Below are positions 1 to 11,839 of a DNA stretch of 64,000 nucleotides, one piece after another. Source of the DNA: Schmidtea polychroa (Eukaryota); the NCBI GenBank assembly GCA_044892525.1, contig CM097885.1, positions 150,660,001 through 150,724,000 on the forward strand. Direction: 5' to 3'. Position 1 is the stretch's first letter, and each line of letters opens with the position of its first letter. The notes under the pieces were generated by a model. The model searched no databases. It was not told the origin of the DNA and was given only the letters and a program-made list of their open reading frames with translations. Both the position numbers and the translations under genes were made by a program.

Positions 1-225
1 CCAGTATGTGTGTATTATGCGGACACATTACAACCAAGTGTGAATGTATGTAATTAAATTTCTTCTAAATCACACCGCTCACTCAAACTACAATAGATTT
101 GATAAAAATCGGTATATTCTCGATAACTATTGGCTGATGTCAAACTAGCGAATCAGAGGAATTTGTTATTTTAAAACCATTTTTAACAGATTTTTACATT
201 TTTACAAGCTATTATATTAATTGCT

Positions 226-728
226 ATGACTGTCGATGAAAGAATTATGAATAGATATTCTCTTTCAAATTACGGTTCGACGCCATTTCAAAAACTATTT
301 GATGTATCCCAACCGTATCTTCAGAATCCCGCAGATCTATTACAGACAAAACGATTCCCATTCCAGTTCGGTACATATCCATTAAATTTCCCAAACAATT
401 CCTCAACAGAATTATCGAAATCCAATTCGAATCAATTATGGAAATCGGGAAATTCCTATCAACAAAACCCATTGCCGTATTTTTCTCTGACTCATCCTCC
501 ACTGTATCCATCGGTAAAATATTTCCCACCGCCTCCAAATTCCATGGATTTATTGAACAGTTACTTGCAAGGTCCCAGTCCCGATATGGTGAAATATATT
601 GAGAAAGTTCGTGAAGACGAAATCTCAACAAAAATCAAAGACAGCATTGAGGCGAAACTGTGCGAAGACGATTTATGGAAACGATTCAACAATCTAACCA
701 CCGAAATGGTTATCACAAAATCTGGAAG
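226..728 (+). CDS. tbx2/3: T-box transcription factor, Tbx2/3 (omb) class, exon 1
   Basis: ATG at 226. Ends with the T-box start LWKRFNNLTTEMVITKSGR, followed by a GT donor at 729 (phase 2). Confidence 0.9.
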
Positions 729-1918
729 GTTGGTGAAGTATTTAAATTACTCTTTTTCATTGTGATTAGATTGAGATAATAATAATAGTTATTATTATTA
801 TTCATCAGATATTAGAGTTAAATATTATATTGACTTTAATCGAAAACAAAACGCGATCTGTTAGCAATTTAAACAATGAGACGTTGATTTTTCACCGCTT
901 TTTTTTTGTTTAAAATGCCACGAATGTTTAACATGAATTTTCTGGTGTTAGCCGATTGTGAAATTTGATATTCTTCATCGTCTGATTCTGGAGATGAGAC
1001 AATGAATGTTCAAATTTGAATTTCGACTCTTTCTACCAAACTATTTATTATTATTTTAATTTAAATAATTAAATTGTCTAATACAAATTGATCTAATGAA
1101 TAATCGATTTTGTTTAATTAATGCACTATTAATGTATATTTGTTGAAAAATAAATCGATCGGTTTCATTCTGGGCGGCAGCGGCCGAGAAAAATCTGAGA
1201 TTTTTTTATCGATTTTTAGATAAACATCTTATCGGATTGCTCGTTGAGTGCGCAACGTAAATATTTATTCCTAATAAATGAAACTTATGAAGAGATAATG
1301 AATGTTCTGGATTATATATTTTATTGATGGTTGAAAAAAAATTAATCAAACATTTTCAACACTTTCCTAACAAAATTTCATTTAAATAATCGTAACTCTT
1401 CTAAAAATTGTATTTTTCAAAACACAAATAGAGTTAATGATATATTTAAAAAATACCTAAAAAAATTGGAAAACTTTTCTTTCTATCAAATCTGGTACAT
1501 ATTGTTTCTTTTCTAAAATCATAACCATGACCATATTTGTCACTACTTTTTAAATTATAAAAAGCCATTTATACTATATATAAAGTGACTTCATTTTTAT
1601 TATTTTTCTCTTAAAATTTTTCATTTTCTCCATTGATTGAAAAAATGCGTTTTTTCAACTGTCAACTTCTTCAGCAGTTACTATCAAGGTGCTAGTAAAC
1701 CAATATTGGTTTTGTATTTAGTAAAGAATTCAAAATTGAGTAAAAGTATTTTAATTAATTCACATAATTACTTAATAAATTTTAAAATAAAATGTAAATT
1801 TTTTCATATTCAATTTAAAAATTAATCTAATTAATTATTAATTGGATTAAACAATGGAAAAATATTTACCAAAAAATCAGCAAAAAAATATCAGATTATC
1901 AATAGATTTTCCATTTAG

Positions 1919-2186
1919 GAGAATGTTTCCCGCATTTAAGGTCCAGTTGTCCGGCTTGGATCCGAAATCAAAATATGTGCTCGCACTCGAAGTCATGCCA
2001 TGCGATGACAACAGATTCAAATTTCACAACGGCAAATGGACTCTGGCAGGAAAAGCCGATCCTGAATCAAATAGATTGGTTTATTTTCACTGTGAATCTC
2101 CAGCTTCTGGGGAAAGCTGGATGCAAAAAGCTGTGTGGTTCAACAAAGTAAAACTGACAAACAATCCAACAGATAAAGATCCTCAA
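1919..2186 (+). CDS. tbx2/3: Tbx2/3 exon 2 (T-box core)
   Basis: AG acceptor at 1917-1918. RMFPAFKVQLSGLDPKSKY...RFKFHNGKWTLAGKADPE...SPASGESWMQK...KLTNN. GT donor at 2187. The AGKADPE/SPxxGExWM motifs are typical of Tbx2/3. Confidence 0.93.
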
Positions 2187-2563
2187 GTAAATGAAAATTA
2201 TTGGAAACTATTTTCTCATTTTAACTAGATTGTATTTTGATTGGATAGCACATGTGAAAATTTCGTTATTTCTCGTCAATTCATTTATATGTATGTCTTC
2301 AGCTGTTAGTGAATCAAGTGATAAATATCACACCTTTACTGCTGAATTCACACATTCATTTTCCTATAATAACCAATCACTGACAACTATTAGCCGCTAG
2401 TAAAAATTTTTCCGTCTTTTTCTTAAAATGTTGCTGCTATTCCATTAAAATTCAATTAATTTTTAATTTGTTATAATAATAATAATTATAACAATAATTA
2501 TTATTATTATTATTATTTTCTCTCTAATTTATTTTGTTGTTTCTAACCGAATGTTGATTTCAG

Positions 2564-2716
2564 CATCTCGTGTTGAATTCGATGCACAAATATGTGATGA
2601 GGCTGCACATATTTCGCACAGATGACACGAGTAAAATTCGTTTTTGTCTCTATCCAGAGGTTTTTCTATTCAAAACCACGGAATTTATCGCAGTAACAGC
2701 TTATCAAAATGATAAG
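2564..2716 (+). CDS. tbx2/3: Tbx2/3 exon 3 (T-box)
   Basis: CAG acceptor, then HLVLNSMHKY...FKTTEFIAVTAYQNDK. GT donor at 2717. 51 whole codons. Confidence 0.93.
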
Positions 2717-5700
2717 GTTAGAGTGTTTTTGTATTGTTTTTATTGTTATTTTATANNNNNNNNNNNNNNNNNNNNNNNNNNNNNNNNNNNNNNNNNNNNN
2801 NNNNNNNNNNNNNNNNNNNNNNNNNNNNNNNNNNNNNNNNNNNNNNNNNNNNNNNNNNNNNNNNNNNNNNNNNNNNNNNNNNNNNNCATCAAATTGGTTG
2901 ATTATTATTTTATGCCGTCCTAATCTTTATTACCTGGTCGTGTTGGATTAGTTATCCAGCTGATAAATATAATTTCACTAAATTTTATGGCTAGCACAAA
3001 AATCTATATTAAATCAATATTAGTTCCATATGGCTCCAAGAATAAGAAATAATCTCCATAGATTTATCGGGGTTTTTTTAGTCTGATAAAAACAAAACTA
3101 AAATAAATCAATATTTGTTAAATTATCATTTAATTTGTTTTAATTTATGGAAAATAATTTTTTCAAAATTTTCAAATCAATTTTAAGTTCAATTTATTTT
3201 GAATTTCTCTTGTATTAGGAAATTGTGTGATCCAATATTTAATAAAATCTCTAGAAATAATTATAGAATCACAATTGTCATGAGGATTTATTGAAATCTT
3301 TAAGCCAAATATTTACCAAGAAGAAAATGACATTGGAAGTTATTAATATAACTTTTTGTTGTTTAAGCTTTATAAAGAATTTTTTTTTAAATAATTAAAT
3401 TAAAAATTGATTGATTATCCTACCTTCTAGATTAGGGGCTGGGAACCTTTTCAACAAATACCCCCAAATTATATATGGTTCTCAATTAATATGAAATAGT
3501 ATGAATAGTTATATACTTATTTATTTTTTTGCTTTCATTATTCAAAAAATTCTTTTAGTTTGCCATTATATATCCATTTAATGACGCACATATTTTATTA
3601 TATGTTGGCATTAACATAGTTGCGGAAACAGAATAATATTTTTACGTGTTTGGTGTCTTCTAAGTCTAAAAGTTAGAAGGAGTGAGAAACAACTTGCAAG
3701 AAAACCAATATACTAGCTACAAGTATTTGCAAATTTTTGTAAATTTCTGTCTATTTCAACAAGTATTCAGTATTTTATTGCTACGGCCAGTTTTATCATT
3801 TTGTGCACAGTCGCCAACCGTGATAATAATAATAAAAATAATAGACATAGGGCGTCCTAAACCTAAGTGAACGACGATAAAATTGAGGTTGGAAGTTGTT
3901 GTAAATCACTTCAATGTGTTAAATAGCCTCAATTGCTTCTTGAATTCGCATTTTATTAAAAAACCACAAAGTAATTATACAGTAATTAAGTAATTTATTC
4001 AAAATCAATGATGCGTGAAATGATAAAACATATATCCAAAATTTTTGTTTGTCAAGACTGTTCAAAATCAATACCATGGCATATTTGGAATCCGGAAATA
4101 TTTTTCCTATCCTTTCCATTAATACTTCAACAGCTAATTTATTTCATCAAAAAGGACATATACAGGGAAAAGAATGAACCAAAGAAAGCTTGTTAACAAA
4201 TTATTATCAAATATCTAATCTTTTTGGTTAAAATTCCCAGTTTCTCTTTGAAGAATGCATTCCCAATTTTAATTTCTACTCTTCTTCGTTTAATTGAATT
4301 GAAATCATTAGAATTTATTCGAAATTAAGCGCATGAAAAGAAAAACAACATTAAAAAAATATCCTCAAAAACAAGATAAATGATAATTAACCAATAAAGT
4401 GACAAGCAGAACCCGCCGAAGATGCTATCGTGGCTAATTTCCCACCTCGGGAAACGAGCATATGACATCAAGTGGCAATCCGTCCATCAATTGTTTGAAT
4501 TAGTGGCCTCACATTGCCAAAGAGGTTGACTGAATTTTATTATTGTGATTACTGAACTGTCGTAATTTGTCGATTGAATTGAACTTGGCTTTGTTTTGAT
4601 TTCCTTATTAGGCGCCTGTTCAGTTTCCTGAAATTCTGCCAGATTTATTTAACATAGGTTTTTTTCTACATTCACTTTCTCTGGGTCAGACGATTCCCTA
4701 GTTTATCTTTTCCCCTAATCTTGTTGATGGTTTTTCTGCTTTCTAGGCTTTGTATTGTAGATTTGAGTAAGCGTTGCTATGCCATATTAGATCATTGAAA
4801 TTAGAATAAAAAATTTTTGTCTTTGGTTGAGAGTAATTTAAAGGAATTATAATTAACCGACATTCAAAGACTAAATGAGTAATAAAATTATTTTTNNNNN
4901 NNNNNNNNNNNNNNNNNNNNNNNNNNNNNNNNNNNNNNNNNNNNNNNNNNNNNNNNNNNNNNNNNNNNNNNNNNNNNNNNNNNNNNNNNNNNNNNNNNNN
5001 NNNNNNNNNNNNNNNNNNNNNNNNNNNNNNNNNNNNNNNNNNNNNNNNNNNNNNNNNNNNNNNNNNNNNNNNNNNNNNNNNNNNNNNNNNNNNNNNNNNN
5101 NNNNNNNNNNNNNNNNNNNNNNNNNNNNNNNNNNNNNNNNNNNNNNNNNNNNNNNNNNNNNNNNNNNNNNNNNNNNNNNNNNNNNNNNNNNNNNNNNAAT
5201 AAATAATAATTAATTTAATTTAAATAAATAATGGTGGAATGAATGCAAATATAAAACTGATATCAATTTAATTGATGATGCAAATTATTTGTTATAATTT
5301 TTGTGACATAATCCTTCTTATCAGATCAAATTGGTGATTGTTGATAAAGAAAAGAGTTTAGTAATTAATATTTGTTTCTTTTCCTACATAGGAAACTACT
5401 GCTGTTGGCAAAATTTGGTGCTGTAATATGTTTCAGTCTGAATATCCCTATTTCTGATAAAGCCCAGTTACCTTCGGCAATTGTTAAACAGATCTTGTAA
5501 ATAGTTGATTATAATATTCTTTTGCCTGTTTGTTTTTGTTATAATAAAGTATCAACTGTACATTCCACAAGACTAATTAGTGAGTTGAGAATAATGTCAG
5601 AGAAATATGCTCATCACAAATCTCTCCATTTTCCATGAGACTGAAAATATCAACAATAAAGCAATGAGAAATGCGATATTTTGTATTTAGATTTTGTATT

Positions 5701-5800
5701 TTTCCTTTTCTCTTTTGGCACTTACCTTGATTTGGGATAATCTGATAATTTAATGTGTCAGTTAAATCGGATTTGTTAATTATTATTTCGGTTTTTTTAG

Positions 5801-5877
5801 ATCACCCAGCTGAAAATTGATCACAATCCATTTGCAAAAGGATTTAGAGATAATGGCAGCGGAAGGCGAGAGAAAAA
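5801..5877 (+). CDS. tbx2/3: Tbx2/3 exon 4 (end of T-box)
   Basis: TTTTTTTAG acceptor, then ITQLKIDHNPFAKGFRDNGSGRREK. GTGAG donor at 5878. Confidence 0.93.
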
Positions 5878-5939
5878 GTGAGAAATTTCTAATTGATCTT
5901 CTTTTCATTTATTATTAATTATCATATTCGAATTTCCAG

Positions 5940-6830
5940 AAGAATGAAATTACAACAAACGATTTCTTCGACTTCTCCTGATTCACCGGAAGATTCAGAA
6001 GATGAATGTTTGACTAACAATCCAAAATCCAATCTTAATTCTCCCGCAATTGCAGAAAATCCAACCACAGCAAAGGATAATAGTTTAAATACTAGTCAAA
6101 ATTCTCTCGAATCAACGCTTTCTAACCAGGAAAACTCTATATTAAATAATAATCATCCCACTCGAAATGATTGCCATAATTCGAATACCGTATCAAATTT
6201 GAAACGAAAAAGCAGCTGTGATTCGACAGAAATGGCACCTATTCCAAAAAAACGAANNNNNNNNNNNNNNNNNNNNNNNNNNNNNNNNNNNNNNNNNNNN
6301 NNNNNNNNNNNNNNNNNNNNNNNNNNNNNNNNNNNNNNNNNNNNNNNNNNNNNNNNNNNNNNNNNNNNNNNNNNNNNNNNNNNNNNNNNNNNNNNNNNNN
6401 NNNNNNNNNNNNNNNNNNNNNNNNNNNNNNNNNNNNNNNNNNTGACTGGGAACGAGGATTCAATTCATATTTATCAGAAGATATAAAAAACGCTATTAGA
6501 GGAAATCACACAGTTCATTACACTCCAAGAACTTTGAGCCATTCAAAGATGAGTTTGCTCGACTCGTCTAACATTCATCTCGACAAATACGACCGAGGCG
6601 GTGTCGTGATGGCAAAACCATCCTGGAATAATTGGTCAACTTCACAAATTGAATCCGGACTTGTTAATCCAATGCCGGGTTATCAAATGATGTCGAAGCT
6701 GTATCGGATGATGAGTCAGAATCCAGCGAATCACATGAACTTATCGCAGAATGATGGAATCATCAAATCCATCAGCAATATTTGGGCACTGAACAATCAA
6801 TCAAAACAAAACATTAGAGAACTAGACAAA
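5940..6830 (+). CDS. tbx2/3: Tbx2/3 exon 5 (Ser/Asn-rich region; spans N gap 6257-6442)
   Basis: Phase-compatible CAG acceptor gives RREKKRMKLQ. The frame is open up to the gap and again from 6444 (DWERGFNSY...LDK) to a GT at 6831. The gap could hide further introns. Confidence 0.6.
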
Positions 6831-7598
6831 GTTTGTGCTGAATATTTATATTTGTTAAATGTAATCTATATAAACTGTGCAAACTCATTGGAGTTTATTG
6901 ATTATATTTATATTTATATTTATATTGATATTTATTTATATCTTGATTTTCATTTAAATTATATAACTTCAATTAATCCAAACAAAAAAACATTTAAGCA
7001 GAAGTTGTTTTATTAATAGAGATTTTCCAAAGAATCATTTTTTCATTGACTTTTATTTTTCATAATTATTGAGAAAAGATCAACAAGCTTCCCCTAAAGA
7101 TAACCATAAATTTTCCCCAGATCTTTATTCGAGTCTTTGACTAAATTTTTGGAATTTATTGGCATAGTATAAACAAATACATTTTAATATTTTATTTAAT
7201 TACTGATTAGTTAAATTAATTTTTATTTTTATTGAAAATTCTTGATAAATCATGTTACCATGAATCATGAAAATTTTCTCATTTTCGGTATTTATAAATC
7301 AAATTTTAAATACATAAAATTCGGAAAAATTTTTATGAATCAGATCAATTGAATCAGATCATAAATATGAAAGTTTATTTATATTTTATAATTTTAATAA
7401 CTCGTTGAACGCTTTGATAACTCATTACGTTGATAAAATTGAAAAAGGAAAAAGTCAAAATTTTTCTTTAACCTATTAACGCACTCAATAAAGTGAACTC
7501 GGGCACAAGAAACTGAATTTATTCTACGCACTTGAGTAATACGTGCAAGTTTGGACTTTGATTTCACGTATAATTATAACCGAATATATCCACAAGAT

Positions 7599-7857
7599 CA
7601 ATGTTTCCCGAGCTTCTTTATACCATACCCCACCGTACTATTTTCAAAAGTCATATAGTCCACCAGCCCCTTTGAAGTAACTTCGATAATCAGTATTGCC
7701 AGTATGCAAAAATAACGGTCGATGAAATTGCTGTATGCACGTTGTTATATTTAGTCGTGAATGAGCATATTATATTAAAAAAAATATATGTGGAATAGTT
7801 CATAATTGCTGACATGTCCCATCTCTGAAGCGCGGTACCCCACCATGGGAAACACTG
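7599..7857. mobile_element. hAT-type MITE in the last tbx2/3 intron
   Basis: Ends CAATGTTTCCC ... GGGAAACACTG (inverted, 1 mismatch). 8-bp flanks CACAAGAT / CACTAGAT match 7 of 8, as for a hAT TSD. Confidence 0.65.
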
Positions 7858-8366
7858 CACTAGATAGTTTTGTATCTATTTCTCTTTTTTATTTATTTCC
7901 TTTTTTCAATTTTTTGCTTCATACCCAGCACCAAAGAAACAGTAGGATGAAAATAAGATAGATAAATAGATAAAAGAATAAAAGATTATATTTCTATCTA
8001 CCCTGAACCTACATTGGTAGCGCCTGGACAAAAAAACCTATATTGGAATTTTATATTTTGATCAGAATGATGATTATAAACATCAAGAATCTCTATACTA
8101 AATTTTTCCAAAAAACATCTTTGTTTAAATTAAATATTGCAATGTATTAACTGTTTATTGGTAATAATAATATTTGCAATATTATTTACATCTCCTTTTA
8201 CTGCATGATTTTTTTTATTGTTTTTCTTTTTATCTAAAGTAGGTTTCTCCCTTGTTTGATTCATTTTTAGAGTATCCTTCACTGATAGGCCTGGTAAAAA
8301 TCATGGCATCAATTTTAGAAATTAAATTTTATTAGAAATGTTTTAATTGCCTTTTCCAAAATTCAG

Positions 8367-8464
8367 CTCTCCCCAACATTCAATTCAATGAAATCATTTG
8401 AGTCGAATGAGATTAATATTATCGATGAATCAAATAATAACCAAAACAATAACAACTACAACAC

Positions 8465-8502
<38 letters not shown>

Positions 8503-8579
8503 GCAACAACCCGAAACCAGCAAAAACATTTGACAAAAAGTCTCCATCTTCCGCATTCAATGTTAGCAGCCTCATCTAG
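8367..8579 (+). CDS. tbx2/3: Probable Tbx2/3 terminal exon (poly-Asn, ends FNVSSLI*)
   Basis: TTCAG acceptor at 8362-8366, in phase 0 with the upstream donor. LSPTFNSMKSF...poly-N...AFNVSSLI, TAG at 8577-8579. Confidence 0.6.
8445..8510 (+). repeat. (AAC)n microsatellite encoding poly-asparagine
   Basis: Run of AAC/CAA triplets inside the terminal exon. Confidence 0.9.
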
Positions 8580-9289
8580 TCAAAACTGAAAATCATTTTC
8601 AGACATTCTAAAACTGTGTGATGTGACAATTGTAGATATTACACTTACAGCCACCAAATACTTTTTTTTTGAATAAANNNNNNNNNNNNNNNNNNNNNNN
8701 NNNNNNNNNNNNNNNNNNNNNNNNNNNNNNNNNNNNNNNNNNNNNNNNNNNNNNNNNNNNNNNNNNNNNNNNNNNNNNNNNNNNNNNNNNNNNNNNNNNN
8801 NNNNNNNNNNNNNNNNNNNNNNNNNNNNNNNNNNNNNNNNNNNNNNNNNNNNNNNNNNNNNNNNNNNNNNNNNNNNNNCAACTCTGCTAACAAATATTAC
8901 AATAATCAATTGTGTATTTGACCAAACAACAGTAGTCTTTTTTTCTTAAAAGCTTTCTATGTACAGGCGCCGTATTCATCTATTGGTGATATTTATGGCG
9001 CCTTGTTAGTTGATGACAGTCATTGAACTTAAAAGGCGTGCACCATAGACCCTCAATTTCATTTCATATACCTTGAAGGTAAGCTCAAGCGTGAAAATGA
9101 TTTTAGCTTAGAATTATCAATGCTCATGGAGACACCGCTCAAAGACGCCGTGAATGAGATGAGAATACTGATATGGTTTTGAAAGCACTAAACATACTCT
9201 GAGATTAAATGACACACTTAAATTTTTTTATTGGTTTTGTTTGATGAAGATACAATAAAAGACAAAAATTTTAATATATATCTATAAGA

Positions 9290-9700
9290 CTTAATTTTTT
9301 TATTATTCTTTTTAATTTTCAGCATGTCCACCATCATTATTAATACAAAGAGGAATGTGATTCTCTGTAATTCTCTGAAAAAAATTTTGAGCTGATTTTC
9401 AGAAATGCCACCAATTACATAAATTATTCTATCTTGCAAATCTTTTGAACATCGAGGTTTGTCTGAATAAACATGACTTTGAATTCACATGTTCCCATAA
9501 AAAATCCATCCCATATAGGAAAATCTGGAGAACGTGGATGCTATGAAAATGGTGATTGCTTTCAATCCATCTATTAGGCAATTTCTCATCTAGAAACGGT
9601 ATAACTTTTAGAGAAAAGCGATACGGAGCTCTATTTTTCAGAAACACTGTATTCTCCAAGCTCTCTATTCCTTTTTACAGATTCTTACTATCACATATAC
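9290..9700 (-). pseudogene. Degenerate Tc1/mariner-superfamily (DDxD-type) transposase C-terminal fragment
   Basis: Minus-strand frames give FLKNRAPYRFSLKVIPFLDEKLPNRWI, PRSPDF...DFLWEHVNSKV and QDRIIYVIGGISENQLKIFFREL. These match the QQDGAPPH...FPNRWIGR...WPPRSPDLTPLDFFLWG pattern, with frameshifts. Confidence 0.6.
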
Positions 9701-11839
9701 GTACAAAATTAGCATTTTTAACTGCACACAGATTTTATGGGCTCTATCATAGCAACTGAGACAGAAAAAAAGTACATTTTTCTAAGGAATGGATTTCGTG
9801 TTCCATAACTCCAATTGGAACTAAAAATGATAGTAGACAGGCTTCTCTTCCCCAAAAAATTAAAGAACATTCCTTATCTGACGCACACTTGAAAATTCAG
9901 GATATTATGAAACAGGCAGTGGTGTGCTGGAGGCGGCTATCTCCGGCTCGCGCGAGCCGGTTGTTACGGATTTACCAGCACCCCCGCCCCCCCCTCCTCC
10001 CCCACTGGCTCTATGTATATATCACATATATATATAAATCAGGAAATTTCAGTCGATTAAATAAAATACACTATTATTGGTTTGTTTACGGTTGGATGAT
10101 GGTAACCAGTAGTGGCTAAAGGATGTAGTATATATGCTACTAACGGTGCTACTTCAGTATAAGCTGCAGGATGTTGACAGTGTCAGGGCACATGCTAACT
10201 AGGCATCATCATTACACCTTTGTCACTGACACTGAATTCACCAGGAAGTATGATAAATGATATCGCCATCTTGAAATATATTATGCTTGTCATACTTAAG
10301 GTAGTTTAAGTTACGCATATCACGTATGCAATCAATATCGATTACGTAATTTGTAGCATTTTTGTTTAAAATTTCAAAATTTTGTTTTAATACGATTAAT
10401 AATAGTAATAATAATTCAACAGATACTTTAGAATGTGAAATTATTAAAAATAATTAATCTGTGTTATTAGTTGTTGAATAACGGTCCGTCACAGTCAATA
10501 TGTTAATACTGAATCTCCGTCTATGGCTGATCGCATTCAGTTCATTATTTTTGATAACCATCTTTATTGTCCAGGTTAGCTTTTGTGACTTTGAATTTGT
10601 GATTTCAATAACGCAAAATTTATTTAGCCCCACTCTGATGCACCATGTTCATTGTATGGACTTGTTGGTTATTGCCATGAATCAAAAATATAATTTATTA
10701 TTATTATTTATTTTTTTCCTCTTTTTTTAATACACAAGACCAGAAAAAATCGATAAACAAATAAAATGTTTTATTTAATGATTTAAAATTAATTCTTGTA
10801 ATTTTTCTATTTTTTAAATTATTTTATAAAATTTAAATTTATTTTATTTTAATTTATTTTATTTTATAAAACACATATAATATTACTATATATGTGTTTG
10901 AATAATATATTTTAATTTTTTTATAAGATTATGAAGTTATTTACGGTAATGTAAAATACGAAACTTCAAGGGTACCCAGAACCTATCTTTAACTTTATTA
11001 TTTTATGAAATAATTTTATGTACCCCCAATTTTCTTTATCAATTACCATTGTATATATTTTGAATTGGGATTGTTTGAATGGAGTTTGTAGTGGTGCATT
11101 TCCAGAGTTTGATTGTTTACGCGTAAACAATTCTTGAAGTAAATAATGATGTTGGTGTTAATATATTATTGGGTGGAGTGCGTGCGTGTGTCGGAGAAAT
11201 TGTTAATCCCGCCGAGTCTCCTGTAAAATATGTTTCGGTACAGTTGAGGTGTGTGTGTGTATGTAAATTGTCAAAATTTATGTTTGAGGTTTTATATAAT
11301 GCATAACAAATTTAACGATAAAATTCTATTAAACAAATTTAAAAGTATTAAAAAACATCAGTGTTTAAAATACATCATGCATTAGATCCTCTGGATCACA
11401 TCGTTTTCATTTATTCTGATGTTTTTTCATTTTCAATTTGAGTTCTTTAATTTAATTTTTCTAATATTTATTTTCTATTGATTTCTTTTCCTCATCCTTT
11501 TGTGTAAAGGGGGGGACAGCAATAAAAATTAATAAAAATTACATTACAAAGGATAACAAGAATTGCATTTATTATTATGAGTTTTAACAATAAATAATTG
11601 GTGAAAATTGTTTAATCGACTCATATAAAGGAAGTCTAAATGTTATGACATTGTTATGGTAGAAGTTATTGGCATATAGTACGATTTGATTCGAAACTGT
11701 TGACCCATCTAAAAATTGTCACTGGGCTTTTAAATTCCTTTTTAAAGTGTTATAGGCTCCGTTTTGAGATATGCTCATTCAAAAATAAATCATTTATTTC
11801 AGAAAATGTCTCCATTTGGTATGCGTTACGTAATATTAG

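Noticed and set aside
8398-8589. Poly-Thr ORF over the CAA repeat
   Set aside because: Alternate frame of the microsatellite. The poly-Asn frame has the in-phase splice acceptor.
2709-8909. ORFs running through N gaps (2709, 4875, 6218, 6239, 8580, 8645, 8669; also 43472-43824)
   Set aside because: They are open only because N codons contain no stops.
9917-10100. GC-rich CAGTGGTGTGCTGG... segment resembling a hAT end
   Set aside because: No matching opposite terminus or TSD found.
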